IMG/VR virus record: IMGVR_UViG_3300020045_008999
Location: 288,001-352,000 of that record
DNA: 64,000 nt
Origin: a virus
Lineage: Duplodnaviria; Heunggongvirae; Uroviricota; Caudoviricetes
Reading direction: 5' to 3' (one strand)
The translations under genes were made by a program, and so were the position numbers. The notes under the pieces are model-generated. The model was not told the origin of the DNA and did not search any database. It saw nothing but the letters and a program-made list of their open reading frames with translations. Below, one piece after another: positions 9,801-18,667 of the stretch; the stretch's first letter is position 1, and the number at the start of each line of letters is the position of its first letter.

Positions 9801-10780
9801 AATGCTACCTGACTCACTCTCAAGAATCCCAGTGATGTAACACCATTTACTCTTAATCCAAAATTGCTTACATCGGTGAATGCCCCATTTACATATGACG
9901 GATTTATATCAACACCTACTAGCACATCATTATTAGCGGTAGCTGTTAGGGTTTCAGAATGATAAGTCCCCCTTGCTAATAATCCAGATGCATTGATATT
10001 TCCGGTTATGTACAATCTTGAAGCATCGGTATTTCCACCAATACCTAGGTTACCTGATGGGTTTACATACAAAGATACAGTGTTGTTTGCTCCTAAACCT
10101 AGCCAACTATTTTCAGTATTTACTAAGCCTAAAAATGGATTGAAACCGGTTAGTCTTAATGCGGCATGACCACTGCCAATATTTCCACCTTGTAATGTAA
10201 CCCCACCCGCCACTGGTGAGCCGGAACCTACTAATACTTGTGGTGTTGATACCGTTCCGGAAAACGTAGCATTACCACCATTAGAAATTGTTAATCTAGG
10301 AGTAAATGTAAAGCTGGCTTGTATGCCACCACCACTACTCTCTGCAATTACAAATGGTGTAGTATTTGCATAGGTAAGTATAGGAAATCCACCAGCTTTC
10401 TTGGTAAATCCTAATCTTGCATTTCCCGTATCAACCGTGAAATAAACATCATCTGAATTTATTGATAGTGATCCGGTTAAAGTACCACCGGATAGCGGTA
10501 AATAGTTATGGGTGTGTCCCGATAGTGAATATAATCCAGCATGATTTCCCCATCCAAATGCTGTATCCCAGTTAGATATGTTAGTCCCAGTGATAGTATT
10601 TGCGACATGGGTAGTTGACATTACCCCCAAGTCGGTAACCACTTGTGCGTTAGTTCGTCTTGATATCGTTTTCCCATCCACAGTAGAAACCGTTAAGAAA
10701 TTACCAACATTATTTGGTATAGATCCGATTAAAACCAAACCCCTTGCGTCAATGTCTACTAAAAAAGGCTTCGTCGGCAT
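3836..10780 (-). CDS. Giant long tail fibre (2314 aa) with C-terminal intramolecular chaperone (peptidase S74-type) domain
   Basis: Gly/Thr/Asn-rich beta-repeats; NxFLGYxAG..NTTG autotransporter-head-like repeats (~8090-8470); KLDVxG repeats; C-terminal SDKRLKDNI...GVIAQE...VKYEKLVALLIEGIKE. Confidence 0.9.
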   Translation of the reverse strand: MPTKPFLVDIDARGLVLIGSIPNNVGNFLTVSTVDGKTISRRTNAQVVTDLGVMSTTHVANTITGTNISNWDTAFGWGNHAGLYSLSGHTHNYLPLSGGTLTGSLSINSDDVYFTVDTGNARLGFTKKAGGFPILTYANTTPFVIAESSGGGIQASFTFTPRLTISNGGNATFSGTVSTPQVLVGSGSPVAGGVTLQGGNIGSGHAALRLTGFNPFLGLVNTENSWLGLGANNTVSLYVNPSGNLGIGGNTDASRLYITGNINASGLLARGTYHSETLTATANNDVLVGVDINPSYVNGAFTDVSNFGLRVNGVTSLGFLRVSQVAFSTVPNGNMSTGIHGVSNNLSFLTGGTTQGQFFSNTGNLLLQNGGTYTDNGYRLDTIGKSRVHNLDTTTGENWNLTVTNNTATVGSTTGILIGVGDINSVKGGIIFKRTGSFGIGDLYFLTSSNANSTPITVATDAKLVIKSNGNTLIGSIIDNGFKFEVTGTTKLLGDTVIGGTSTSGYKLDVTGSTRALLTNTNVIENWPLTVQNTASNNGNTTGILFITGNNNHFKAGIIFKRTSAGGVGTGDLHFLNRTTTDLTSPTIADDTKLLLTSSGNFIIGSTTNSGFKLDVNGTSRLYGMTTIRGTSSSDAPSAGTNILTTGTVDASWTGSDFTTGYTHVPGSVTTIVANSALSNNVYNITWTITNRTAGSFILDFGGHTQVGINNTGSIQPRTSTTGALTITPTSDFNGTIVLSIQLVTISTPLIELYNSSNTKLFQQRGSGATNVFIGDNNGMYNSSGIGNTFIGNRAGVFNTTATNNSFLGYQAGYLNSMGVNNSYVGSQTGFNTTTGNNNSFLGYQAGFTASTGSQNTFLGTRSGYLTTTGSNNTFLGYESGYGNTTGSGNVFLGHDAGRYIANGSTVNTTSTSSILIGLNSKVLADGQTNQLVVGHAVTGLGSNTSVFGNTATVFGRWYGNLLLGTNTNSSYMLDVAGTTRLLGNTRIEGTNNSIFTSSILNIGKVAGSFGSDMINYASTTGEDLSFSYTRTGTARWRHLFSGQTMEWLNNVSMSVFHADNSGNVGIGGASTGNRLEVTGTLRTTGVNTLSNLTGTGNRFVVVSSTGVLSAPANPTTLAGYGITNSIIEGGGTNNFIPIFSGATSVANSKAFQDSNGLNYKETSTSGYSSFTAVNDNGLSTLQVGVYNSAHASANKAFIFAGGNTTELGITVGGNKNLTVSANDVSIAKSLILGSADGNSNLDIGVDVYYKGRLNYNYSTKVLSLGAGYLGDLSLTVGDIASPIEAIRIKNNGFVGIGTNNPLGYLWAPTTGDNAQSKLGMLTINSSGVTGYVGTALWTNYNPVTNTKDLTDVSWGLQMGRNGDSFSISRMPSNSTVAVSLLSITNVGVLSSYGNIIAPTFIGALSGNATTATNVTWSGITSKPTTIGGFGITDFNSLGDARWSLTSHTQAWSTITDSTSIDAINIARTVVTGGGTITISATYDVLWSQRFILMSNGNGSHFSTNGYFDITCPTSGTITGVGGATNKTATAAGIPLTTWDVLYYILPIGGNSSSIAANFRVVNYTSAFVIPYTWIKICARAEGGYVEFATGTSLRPSTSLNTNSFDILGADVSGAVASATILATSRNINGVAFNGSANITVADATKLPLSGGALTGSLTIPNQVPLILGDTGGTNGYFRLITSGGLNYIQSGIGAVSGTRADLIIGGNNAGSETVRFKADGTTVFTASVTAPTFIGNLAGNASSATTATNILNTGTVTLASATESNAITITQPSYSSNQPVKLLNFNWYSDTWSFGNIRSAGTASNGLGVFINGAEQVRFSTAGTVTATTFNGTIFNGAGTGLTGTAASLIAGKSIVLDRVGSTTNANTMFSDTPAGTMGWQDAYNPTNGGSFLWGNYLNMRHENGGASYGTQLYINWEGTDVMKYRSVYNNTFSSWKTLLDSSNFGTYALPKSGGDMSGNIGRSAHSSGHLVGSFNSVGGNGDKSNPIYTIGSSYLPTDSTLGNMYGIGFSNESFWGAGKGSGWGLYVAEAGIVRSTISVSGIWSSGSITGTGLISNSYVSLNGYLRSIDNGIAGGNTAFEIIGITDGSTGTYGSRLSLKTFGYNGSAYVFREALSLGANLTASFASSVTATGTIYASGSGGFACTTYVANGRSPIYYLGNATPYGLSYFQGTAGVVSGVDAIGFHFGTATAAGSKFTMSQDGTFRSTGDVIAFYSSDKRLKDNIKPIPNALDKISKIGGYTFEWNDKQNVYSGSDIGVIAQEIEEILPELVDTRDNGYKAVKYEKLVALLIEGIKEQATVIKNLELRISKLE

Positions 10781-10796
10781 ATTTTATAATTGATTT

Positions 10797-12239
10797 TTAT
10801 TTATGTATTACTATCCTGTATTGTGATGTGGTCGGTGGAATATTCACCGCTACATTCACTACAGTAGTTGATGATATGGTTACTTGTGTTTCTACCTGAA
10901 TTCCGCTAGATACCTCATATACCGCCACCATTACACCAATCGATGACAATCCATGCGTGAAGTTAAATGAGGTGGCGACACCATCACCGAAAGTGGTACC
11001 ATAATTACCAGTAAAAACATTTAAAGTGGTTATTAATTTTAATGGTGTTACGATTCTTGCATCATCTGTTCCCGCATTAGTTTCTGCTTGGGTTGCAATT
11101 TCAGCAATACCAGTTCTCGTTTCGGTAGCGGTTCTCGATGATAAATTTGCCGCAGTAATGGCCTTAGCAGTATCGGTACCGGTTTGTGTTTCTGCATCAG
11201 TAGCGAGTTGTACAATACCTTGTGCCGAAGTTGTTGCCTGAACGATATCTGCAATATTCTTGTTCACAACCGTCCAATGTGCTAATGTAGTCGGGTTATC
11301 TTGGTTGGCGATAATCATATCACCAATTTGAACTGCTTCGGTAAAGAATACACCAGCCACTGTTATCACATAAGTCCAACCATTTTTAATCCCGGCAATT
11401 GGTGTCGCGTCCAATAATGGACTATTTGTACTGGCATTATATCCCCCTTTATTCACTAAACCACCAGTTATTGCTGAATTGACAATTGCAATCTCAGCAG
11501 CTATTTTAGTACTAGACCACGTAGTAGTCGAAGCGGTTGCTGAATCGTTGATAGTACACCATACTAAATCGTTTGTGATTTGTGATCCTAGTAATTTACC
11601 CCACGCAGCGGTTGTCGCAGTAACTGCACGCAATACCCAACCAGCGGTTAGACCGGACAAGTCTAATAAATTAACCTCGGCTGCCGAAGCGGTTACGTCT
11701 GATATACTACTCAATGTATGTGAGTGTGATAAAGCCGCTGCCCCAATATCGGTATTTGTCATTGACCTAGTTGAAAAGCTGGTCACGTGTCCGTCACCAT
11801 TAACTACAACGTTACTGATAACCAATGCACCGGTTAGTGGTGCCCCTGTCAATGTATTTCCTGAAAAAGTTGGATGTGTATAATCATTTGCAGTTGGTGA
11901 ACCGGTGAACCCAAGATCTGATAAAGTCATGGTTCGAGTTGTTGCCGATGTTATATGGCCCTCTGCATTGGTCACCAGTGTCGCTAGTACAGTTGCACCT
12001 GATAAGGTAGGATTTACCGCCCCAACAACCGGATGTGTATATAATGCTCCTAAATTTAACCACTCATTTGGATTTGACAATCCAGTATATATGTATGCAG
12101 TTTTATCAGTAGTATTCCAATAGGTAAATCCGGCAATTCTACCCACTAATGAAGGGGCTGATGCTAAATTTTGTAAGGTTACGTTAAGCAATTGATTATT
12201 ATTCAAATCAATATCAACTAAAAAATTCTTTTTTGCCAT
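10797..12239 (-). CDS. Tail fibre protein (proximal/short-fibre-like)
   Basis: ATxxxxGIxxxATxAE repeats (ATTSAQGIVQLATDAET, ATETRTGIAEIATQAET) as in T4 gp12/gp34; HxH fibre motifs. Confidence 0.8.
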   Translation of the reverse strand: MAKKNFLVDIDLNNNQLLNVTLQNLASAPSLVGRIAGFTYWNTTDKTAYIYTGLSNPNEWLNLGALYTHPVVGAVNPTLSGATVLATLVTNAEGHITSATTRTMTLSDLGFTGSPTANDYTHPTFSGNTLTGAPLTGALVISNVVVNGDGHVTSFSTRSMTNTDIGAAALSHSHTLSSISDVTASAAEVNLLDLSGLTAGWVLRAVTATTAAWGKLLGSQITNDLVWCTINDSATASTTTWSSTKIAAEIAIVNSAITGGLVNKGGYNASTNSPLLDATPIAGIKNGWTYVITVAGVFFTEAVQIGDMIIANQDNPTTLAHWTVVNKNIADIVQATTSAQGIVQLATDAETQTGTDTAKAITAANLSSRTATETRTGIAEIATQAETNAGTDDARIVTPLKLITTLNVFTGNYGTTFGDGVATSFNFTHGLSSIGVMVAVYEVSSGIQVETQVTISSTTVVNVAVNIPPTTSQYRIVIHK

Positions 12240-12252
12240 TTTTAATATTTTT

Positions 12253-12663
12253 TTAATTCAGCAATGCTATACCAGAGAATGCCGCATTGAACCGCACTAC
12301 TATTGAGGTATTGGAAATATACTCAACCGCACCATTCATTTCGGTACCCGCACTATCTAAGACAGTTACAGATGGTCTCTTACCCAACGAATGTGTTATA
12401 TTCCACACTGTTGCCGGAACATTTTGTGTATATGTTTCAGTCAAAATTGGCAGTGGTGAACTTGGTCCGGTTGGTCCTATTGGTCCCTGAGGCCCGGTAG
12501 CACCAATTCCAGTCAAACCCGGTGTATAATCACCTGTCCCAACATCTTCTAAATAGTTGCCATATCCATCATAATATTTCCCATTAATAATCTGTACAAT
12601 TCTTCCGTATCCATCTGATTGTAGATTATTAATTTGATATTCTGGAATTCTTCCGTCTGACAT
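12253..12663 (-). CDS. Small collagen-repeat tail/fibre-associated protein
   Basis: GxY triplets (GATGPQGPIGPTGP) plus a C-terminal W.I.HSLG..PSV.V.D module; first gene after the late motif at 12682-12690. Confidence 0.7.
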   Translation of the reverse strand: MSDGRIPEYQINNLQSDGYGRIVQIINGKYYDGYGNYLEDVGTGDYTPGLTGIGATGPQGPIGPTGPSSPLPILTETYTQNVPATVWNITHSLGKRPSVTVLDSAGTEMNGAVEYISNTSIVVRFNAAFSGIALLN

Positions 12664-12707
12664 TTCTATTATTGCTTTTTCTATATATTAAAACTCTTTC
12701 TGGTTCT

Positions 12708-13343
12708 CTAAACTATTGTCATTTTAATATTAGAATTATTTAAAAGTTCTTCAAGATCTGCCTTTCTTAAATATTTCTTAAATTCACCATTTTCGTCATT
12801 GATGTTTTGCAAAATCCACTCGGTACCGTTAGAAGTATTATAAACATATTTATGCCCGTCTGAGTCTAATTCAATAACTCTTGAAGACAATTTATCGTAG
12901 AATTTTTTAATGTCTTCTTTGATTTGGTATAGTTTACATTCTTCCCATTCTTTATTACGTTCATCCCAAGTTTGGAATATAACATATTCTGGATTTTCCA
13001 ATTCGCTTGCTTCGGTACGGTATATGAACATGAATTTGCAAGATTTGGAAATAAAAGTATTGTAATCATCGGTATCTTCTACCTTTGATTTTTTTAACCC
13101 AACACTTGATATTGCATTTAAAAATTTAACATTATCGGATAAATACTCTATGTGTAATTTATTTTCATAATCATTTTTATCCAAATTAAATGTTTCGATT
13201 ATGTCAAGTTCAACTGCCCCGATGGAATCTAAAATCACATTGTGCCATAGGCTGAGTGATTCATTTATATCAATAAGTTCCTTTACCAATGACAAATCGA
13301 CCACAATTGATTCATTGAATTCGCTATATCTTTTAATTTTCAT
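12708..13343 (-). CDS. Hypothetical protein, candidate internal head protein
   Basis: N-terminal MKIKRYSEFNES; late motif upstream. Confidence 0.6.
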   Translation of the reverse strand: MKIKRYSEFNESIVVDLSLVKELIDINESLSLWHNVILDSIGAVELDIIETFNLDKNDYENKLHIEYLSDNVKFLNAISSVGLKKSKVEDTDDYNTFISKSCKFMFIYRTEASELENPEYVIFQTWDERNKEWEECKLYQIKEDIKKFYDKLSSRVIELDSDGHKYVYNTSNGTEWILQNINDENGEFKKYLRKADLEELLNNSNIKMTIV

Positions 13344-13356
13344 TCGTATATTTGGA

Positions 13357-13376
13357 TTTTAATATATATATTAAAA
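13357..13376. promoter_or_regulatory. Palindromic bidirectional late promoter
   Basis: ttttaatatatatattaaaa is a perfect palindrome carrying TAATATATA on both strands, between divergent genes. Confidence 0.7.
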
Positions 13377-13390
13377 TCACAACTTTATAT

Positions 13391-14806
13391 ATGGAAATTT
13401 TGAAATTCGACACATTCACTACCAGTGATATAATAACAGAAACAGTGGATTTGGGTGAAATAAAGGACTCGAATAAGCCATCATATACGAATACTAACAT
13501 TGTACAGGAAATGTGCATTGCTATGATACTAATAAACAATTCTTTTCTGGATAAAATATTAGATGCCGGCCAATCAGCCCGATATCGCGAAAATTCACAA
13601 GTATTTTTAACGGATTTGAAAAGCTTACTTATGTCAAATAATCGCTTAGTATTCGGTAAGTTCATTGAAAATAAATGTGTAGTGGACAATGAAACTGCCC
13701 TGATTAATCAAGCATTTGACGGTGTTGAATTTGATATTGTCAAAAGTTGGGATAAATTGATTTCATCTAGGATAACTGCTCGGAATATAATTGACAAATT
13801 AATACCAAATGATAAACTGGATGTGGCATCAATATCTAAAATTTATTGGATAGGACCAAATAAGACAAAGCAATTCAATGAAGATCTTGTTATCGAATTA
13901 TTAGATGGTAAACAATATAGTTTTTTCATAAATAAATCGTTGAGCATGTCAAAGTCGTCTAGTTTCAACACCTTTGCGGATGAGGTGATGGGAAGTGATG
14001 TAGAAAACTTGTATGGTGAACGAAACATACAGGGTTGGGATAAATTAGCACAGAATTTTGTCAATATATTGTATGAAAACGCAAATAAAGAAATTCAATT
14101 ACATATTGAAAAATTCATAGAACCCAATAGGATGGCAGATTTAGGATGGTTTGAATATTTTGAGCTCACACATACTGACAAACGCTATAAGTTTTTGGGC
14201 GAATATATTAAGGAATTTGATAAAAACATTTCTAAATTTTCAGATTTAATGAATGAAATTTGGAAACACAGAGATATATGTTTTCTTGACCCAATCCAAA
14301 TTTATAACCAATGGATGAAATCAAAAATATTTATTCTAAATTCTAGAATTTTAGAACATTCATTCACCGAGGCGTTGACCACCAATAATATAAATGATAT
14401 TACTAAACTAGAGGACGGTTTTAAACTTGCTGATGGGTTTGTTAAGATGAAGTTAGTTAAAACAATTGTTAATAAATTAGGTGCCCTGGAAAGACCGGCA
14501 TATTATTTGGGATCCAATGGTAGAGCATTTGTACAAGCACCATCTAGAGACTTTTTTAGGAATAATTATGATCGGTTTTCCGTTAAATTTGATTACCATG
14601 TTAAAATGATAGTTGATCAAGACGATGAAGACAATAATGAATTTGTTATTAAAATTTTATTGGAAATGGATAATGAATTATTATTATCGGTTTATATAAA
14701 TGTTGATTTTGTGGGTGGGATATCCAGTAGACTTACCGCTAAATATAGATTCGAACCGGTTTCGGATTTTAACAATAGAGTTTCCGATACCAAACTGGAA
14801 GAATAA
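13391..14806 (+). CDS. Hypothetical protein, possible degenerate restriction-endonuclease-like fold
   Basis: Start moved to ATG 13391 (MEILKFDTF), after the promoter. The YWIGPNK...EDLVIELLDGKQYSF segment loosely resembles PD-(D/E)xK cores. Confidence 0.45.
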   Translation: MEILKFDTFTTSDIITETVDLGEIKDSNKPSYTNTNIVQEMCIAMILINNSFLDKILDAGQSARYRENSQVFLTDLKSLLMSNNRLVFGKFIENKCVVDNETALINQAFDGVEFDIVKSWDKLISSRITARNIIDKLIPNDKLDVASISKIYWIGPNKTKQFNEDLVIELLDGKQYSFFINKSLSMSKSSSFNTFADEVMGSDVENLYGERNIQGWDKLAQNFVNILYENANKEIQLHIEKFIEPNRMADLGWFEYFELTHTDKRYKFLGEYIKEFDKNISKFSDLMNEIWKHRDICFLDPIQIYNQWMKSKIFILNSRILEHSFTEALTTNNINDITKLEDGFKLADGFVKMKLVKTIVNKLGALERPAYYLGSNGRAFVQAPSRDFFRNNYDRFSVKFDYHVKMIVDQDDEDNNEFVIKILLEMDNELLLSVYINVDFVGGISSRLTAKYRFEPVSDFNNRVSDTKLEE

Positions 14807-14825
14807 TATTTTGAATATATAGTAC

Positions 14826-17800
14826 ATGGCTATAAAATTCTCAATACCAAACATTCTATCATTGACTTCAACACAACCACATGATGGGAATTTATTATTT
14901 GTACCAGACATCAAACATTTGGTAGCTTTTGTTGAGGGAAATCTATCAGAAGTTGAACAGGGAATTACTGGTTTTGCTGATATAATGACTAAGTCAGCTA
15001 TATCTAAAAATTTAAACCAATGTGCCAATGATGAAGTATTTAATACGTATAAAAATATCGCTGGAATAACGCTACCATTAGAAAATACTAATTATTTACA
15101 AAATGGTAAATTCAAGGTCCCTATCGAAGATATTACCCTGTCAACTAGTGCAAATTATTCGGGGATGAAAGCCTTGGAGAAAAGTATAATCGAATCATTA
15201 TTTGAATCACAAAAGCCATATATGGCTATTTATAAAGGGATTTCGCAAAGTATGATTAAGATAGAAGATATCGTTGCATGCGTTTTGGCTATTGGTGGAA
15301 GATCATTAAAACCGGTTAATAATCCCAAAGCACTAGGATATGTGAAGAATCGATCAATCCTAGTAAGCGGGTTGGCCAATATGGAACTATTGTCTAACCT
15401 AGTACCCAGTGACATTTACACAAAAACAAAGCCATCTGACCTATCGTTGATTACGGTTGAAGAAAGTCGCGATGTTAAATATTCAACTGGTGAATTCGAC
15501 CCAAGTGTAAATTACGATTATTCATATGAATACTTTAATGAATCGCGCATCATATTAAATGACACTACAGTTGATGAAGATCCTCAGGATGGAAAACCAC
15601 CAGTTGTGGTATTCGGAATATACAACTCAAAGGGTGAGGTTTTGGATAGTGTAGAAGTTCCAACATGGTTGTCTGAATCAGGCAAATTTTTTGGTCAATT
15701 TGATAAACAGACTGACTTTAAATACAAATGGATGAAGGGTAAAACCACAAAGTATTCGCATACCCAACCAGAGGGATCCAAATGGAAAAGAGAAACGTAT
15801 CAATCTGATACTGATGTTAATGGGTTTTTAATTAAGAAGGGTGAAGCGGTGCTGTATTTTGATAAAACACAAACCAGTGATCATGAATTATATAATAACT
15901 ATTTTAGTGATGAAGTATTAAAAGAATTATCGAATGAAGATTTGATAAGTTCGGATAAAGTAAAGTCATTCGATGATGTTAAACAAAAAATCTTGGACAG
16001 CAGTTCCGGAAGTAACATGATTGAACAACTGCTATCAATGATGGTGAATTATAATTATATGAAGTTATATGATGGGGTCGAGACACCATTAGATAAGTAT
16101 GCATTCAAAGCAAAGAAGATTAATTATGACGGTAAATCCATTTGGATAGATCCTGAATCTGACTATGATTTGAAAGTTATCAAAATTGATTCCACATCCG
16201 CTATTAAATATTGGGACGTTACGTCGAAATCTGAAATTAAATCAGAGGTTGTTTTCTTTGACAGTAGAAGTATTGACATATATGTATCTGATCGCATGAC
16301 CCTTGGTAGTATAGATAATATAAATCCAACAGCACCACGCACCGCCACCACTACATTTAGTGCTATAGTTAAAAATAATGGAATTGCTTGGAATAGTTAT
16401 AAAGATGTTAATATGATTTCTATACCGAATCCATTGGATAGTGATAACTTCACTATAGAAGTGAGTAAAATTGGTAAGTCTGAATCCAAACATACCTTTG
16501 TTTTAGATGATAAACCAGGACCAAGCGAGCGATTAGGCATCCATATAAGTAATGCTGGGAAAGGATTGAACATTGGACAATATTCGATGACTACTCAGCG
16601 CGTCACTAACATAAGTAATCAAGTAATGGTTAGGGATTTTGGAAAATCACAATCAAAACTCATTGACATAGCACTCATTAATAATGATTACCTTAAAAAA
16701 TCTACAAAATACTCATCTGGTGAATATGGACAAGATTCACAATGCACAATTGAATCACTAATTAGATTTATGGAATATGGTGGTGATGTAGAAACATATT
16801 ATATGGTAGAGGGTATTCTGAGCAGCACCAATGATGGTCTATCTGTTGATATAGTTGGTGGTGGAAAAAGTGGACGTGGTTATTATAAACTAAAAGATGT
16901 GGTTAAGGCAGTGCGTAAATTCATATCCTTATTAATTCACTTATCGGTGAAGATTTTCCCACCAATTACAAAAGCGTTAGAAATAATTTCAAATCCGACA
17001 AAACTTCCTAATTTTGTGGTGGATATTATTAGGGCAAAAATTGGGGATGATTTTGGTGCCGGCGGGGTAAAATTTGAAACATTTTCATCTAAATTCATAA
17101 ATGGCATATCCATTGCAATGTCCAATATAGACAACATAAAACAGGATATAAATCTAGATTTCGAAAGTAAGAGATCTCAAATTGTGGATCATATTAATAA
17201 GACCAAACTTAAAAATTATTTTTATGTCAATAATGATCTAGAAGTCAAGTGTCTTTTGGATGGTGAATCAATATACGAACTATTTAATATAACCATTGGT
17301 ATTAAAGTGAGCGATATGATACCTAAATTGAAATTATATAAAAATAAAAAAATCGGTTCGGATGCTATACTTGCATCTGGTTCCAATTTAAGCCCTGAAG
17401 ATATAGAAGTGCTCAAAGTTGATTCAGCACTTTATAAAAACCTATCATCAGTAACTTCGGTTTCTACACTATCCGATATTAGTGTTGTATATTCAACCGG
17501 AGATTATATAGAAGGGGTTGATTATGAATATACCTATGTTTCTGAGAAAGTTTCTGAGATCATACAAATTGGTGAAGCATTAGTGGAATCGGGTGATTTG
17601 ATCGGTGCCTTGAAAGTATATTCACAATATATATTATTAGATCCCGGCAATCAAACCATTCAGGATAAATATAAAAATACGTTCGATCGGGCTGGGAAGG
17701 ATTATTTATATGAAATGGGGTTAAATAATCCGTTATTTGATCTTATGTTGGGGATGATTAGTGCACCCATTAAAATGGTAAAGGAGATCATTGATTATTT

Positions 17801-18422
17801 GGCTAAATTTTTTAAAAGTTTGAGTAATCCATTTACACTTCCTAAAAAAATATCAGAATTCGTAAGTTTCCAATGGGTATTAGAATTATTTTCAAAAGAG
17901 GGCATAATGAAAGCACTTGGTATGAAAATAAATATACCAGGCTTGAAGAAATTGATCAATTCAAGTGGTGATGTTGATCTATCCGGTATGATAATTATAC
18001 CATTTATGGCGGCATTGCCAAAATTTAACGCGGATCAATTTAATGATGTTAATTTGAATTCATTAACCGGTGGGGTGCGTTCTATATTTTTAGTAATAGA
18101 GAATATTTTTAATATGTTTATTGATTTGATCTGGGCCATTATGGGACTAGCACCATTACTTAAAAAACGACCATATTTAAATATGTCCGGAGAAATTACA
18201 CCAGACATCACTGGTGATATATCAGACTACATAATCAATATGATATTGGGACAAGAAGACAATCAATTCATCAGGGGGGATGTAAGTTCAACCACTATTT
18301 TGAGATCATTTGTATATGATATAAAATTACCAGATGGTCGAATGATTAAGGACCTGGATCGAGCAGAATTAGATAAGTGGATATCAGATAATGAAAATTT
18401 AAACATTGAACTAAACTTTTAA
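14826..18422 (+). CDS. Large late protein (1198 aa), probably virion-associated
   Basis: GAATATATA late-like motif at 14813-14821; duplicated YSTG(E/D)...V(N/D)Y.Y.Y motif; amphipathic/hydrophobic helices in the C-terminal half. Confidence 0.55.
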   Translation: MAIKFSIPNILSLTSTQPHDGNLLFVPDIKHLVAFVEGNLSEVEQGITGFADIMTKSAISKNLNQCANDEVFNTYKNIAGITLPLENTNYLQNGKFKVPIEDITLSTSANYSGMKALEKSIIESLFESQKPYMAIYKGISQSMIKIEDIVACVLAIGGRSLKPVNNPKALGYVKNRSILVSGLANMELLSNLVPSDIYTKTKPSDLSLITVEESRDVKYSTGEFDPSVNYDYSYEYFNESRIILNDTTVDEDPQDGKPPVVVFGIYNSKGEVLDSVEVPTWLSESGKFFGQFDKQTDFKYKWMKGKTTKYSHTQPEGSKWKRETYQSDTDVNGFLIKKGEAVLYFDKTQTSDHELYNNYFSDEVLKELSNEDLISSDKVKSFDDVKQKILDSSSGSNMIEQLLSMMVNYNYMKLYDGVETPLDKYAFKAKKINYDGKSIWIDPESDYDLKVIKIDSTSAIKYWDVTSKSEIKSEVVFFDSRSIDIYVSDRMTLGSIDNINPTAPRTATTTFSAIVKNNGIAWNSYKDVNMISIPNPLDSDNFTIEVSKIGKSESKHTFVLDDKPGPSERLGIHISNAGKGLNIGQYSMTTQRVTNISNQVMVRDFGKSQSKLIDIALINNDYLKKSTKYSSGEYGQDSQCTIESLIRFMEYGGDVETYYMVEGILSSTNDGLSVDIVGGGKSGRGYYKLKDVVKAVRKFISLLIHLSVKIFPPITKALEIISNPTKLPNFVVDIIRAKIGDDFGAGGVKFETFSSKFINGISIAMSNIDNIKQDINLDFESKRSQIVDHINKTKLKNYFYVNNDLEVKCLLDGESIYELFNITIGIKVSDMIPKLKLYKNKKIGSDAILASGSNLSPEDIEVLKVDSALYKNLSSVTSVSTLSDISVVYSTGDYIEGVDYEYTYVSEKVSEIIQIGEALVESGDLIGALKVYSQYILLDPGNQTIQDKYKNTFDRAGKDYLYEMGLNNPLFDLMLGMISAPIKMVKEIIDYLAKFFKSLSNPFTLPKKISEFVSFQWVLELFSKEGIMKALGMKINIPGLKKLINSSGDVDLSGMIIIPFMAALPKFNADQFNDVNLNSLTGGVRSIFLVIENIFNMFIDLIWAIMGLAPLLKKRPYLNMSGEITPDITGDISDYIINMILGQEDNQFIRGDVSSTTILRSFVYDIKLPDGRMIKDLDRAELDKWISDNENLNIELNF

Positions 18423-18440
18423 GGTGTTTTGTATTATAAT
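18413..18440 (+). promoter_or_regulatory. Middle-type promoter AAAC-N18-TATAAT
   Basis: aaac-ttttaaggtgttttgtat-tataat; the same architecture recurs about 10 times. Confidence 0.65.
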
Positions 18441-18458
18441 AAAAAAATACATTTTACC

Positions 18459-18665
18459 ATGGGCAAAAAAACAAAAGATCATAGAAGAAAAGTTGCTAAT
18501 CGCAATACTACTATTACGAATTCCAAAAAAAGTGCACATAAAATGCAAGAAGAGTTCATTCAACAAATAATCGAACGAGAGAAAAATAATGGTAGTCTTG
18601 GGCATTCTGATATATTATCAGACAGTACCCTTAGTGTTATTGACGTAGATGGACCAATCCTATAA
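18459..18665 (+). CDS. Small basic hypothetical protein
   Basis: ATG 18459 (MGKKTKDHRRKV) downstream of the promoter; first gene of the operon. Confidence 0.55.
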   Translation: MGKKTKDHRRKVANRNTTITNSKKSAHKMQEEFIQQIIEREKNNGSLGHSDILSDSTLSVIDVDGPIL

Positions 18666-18667
18666 TT

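Noticed and set aside
3042-10780. Diversity-generating retroelement or invertible cassette acting on the fibre tip
   Set aside because: No reverse transcriptase, recombinase or template/variable repeat pair was visible in the window.
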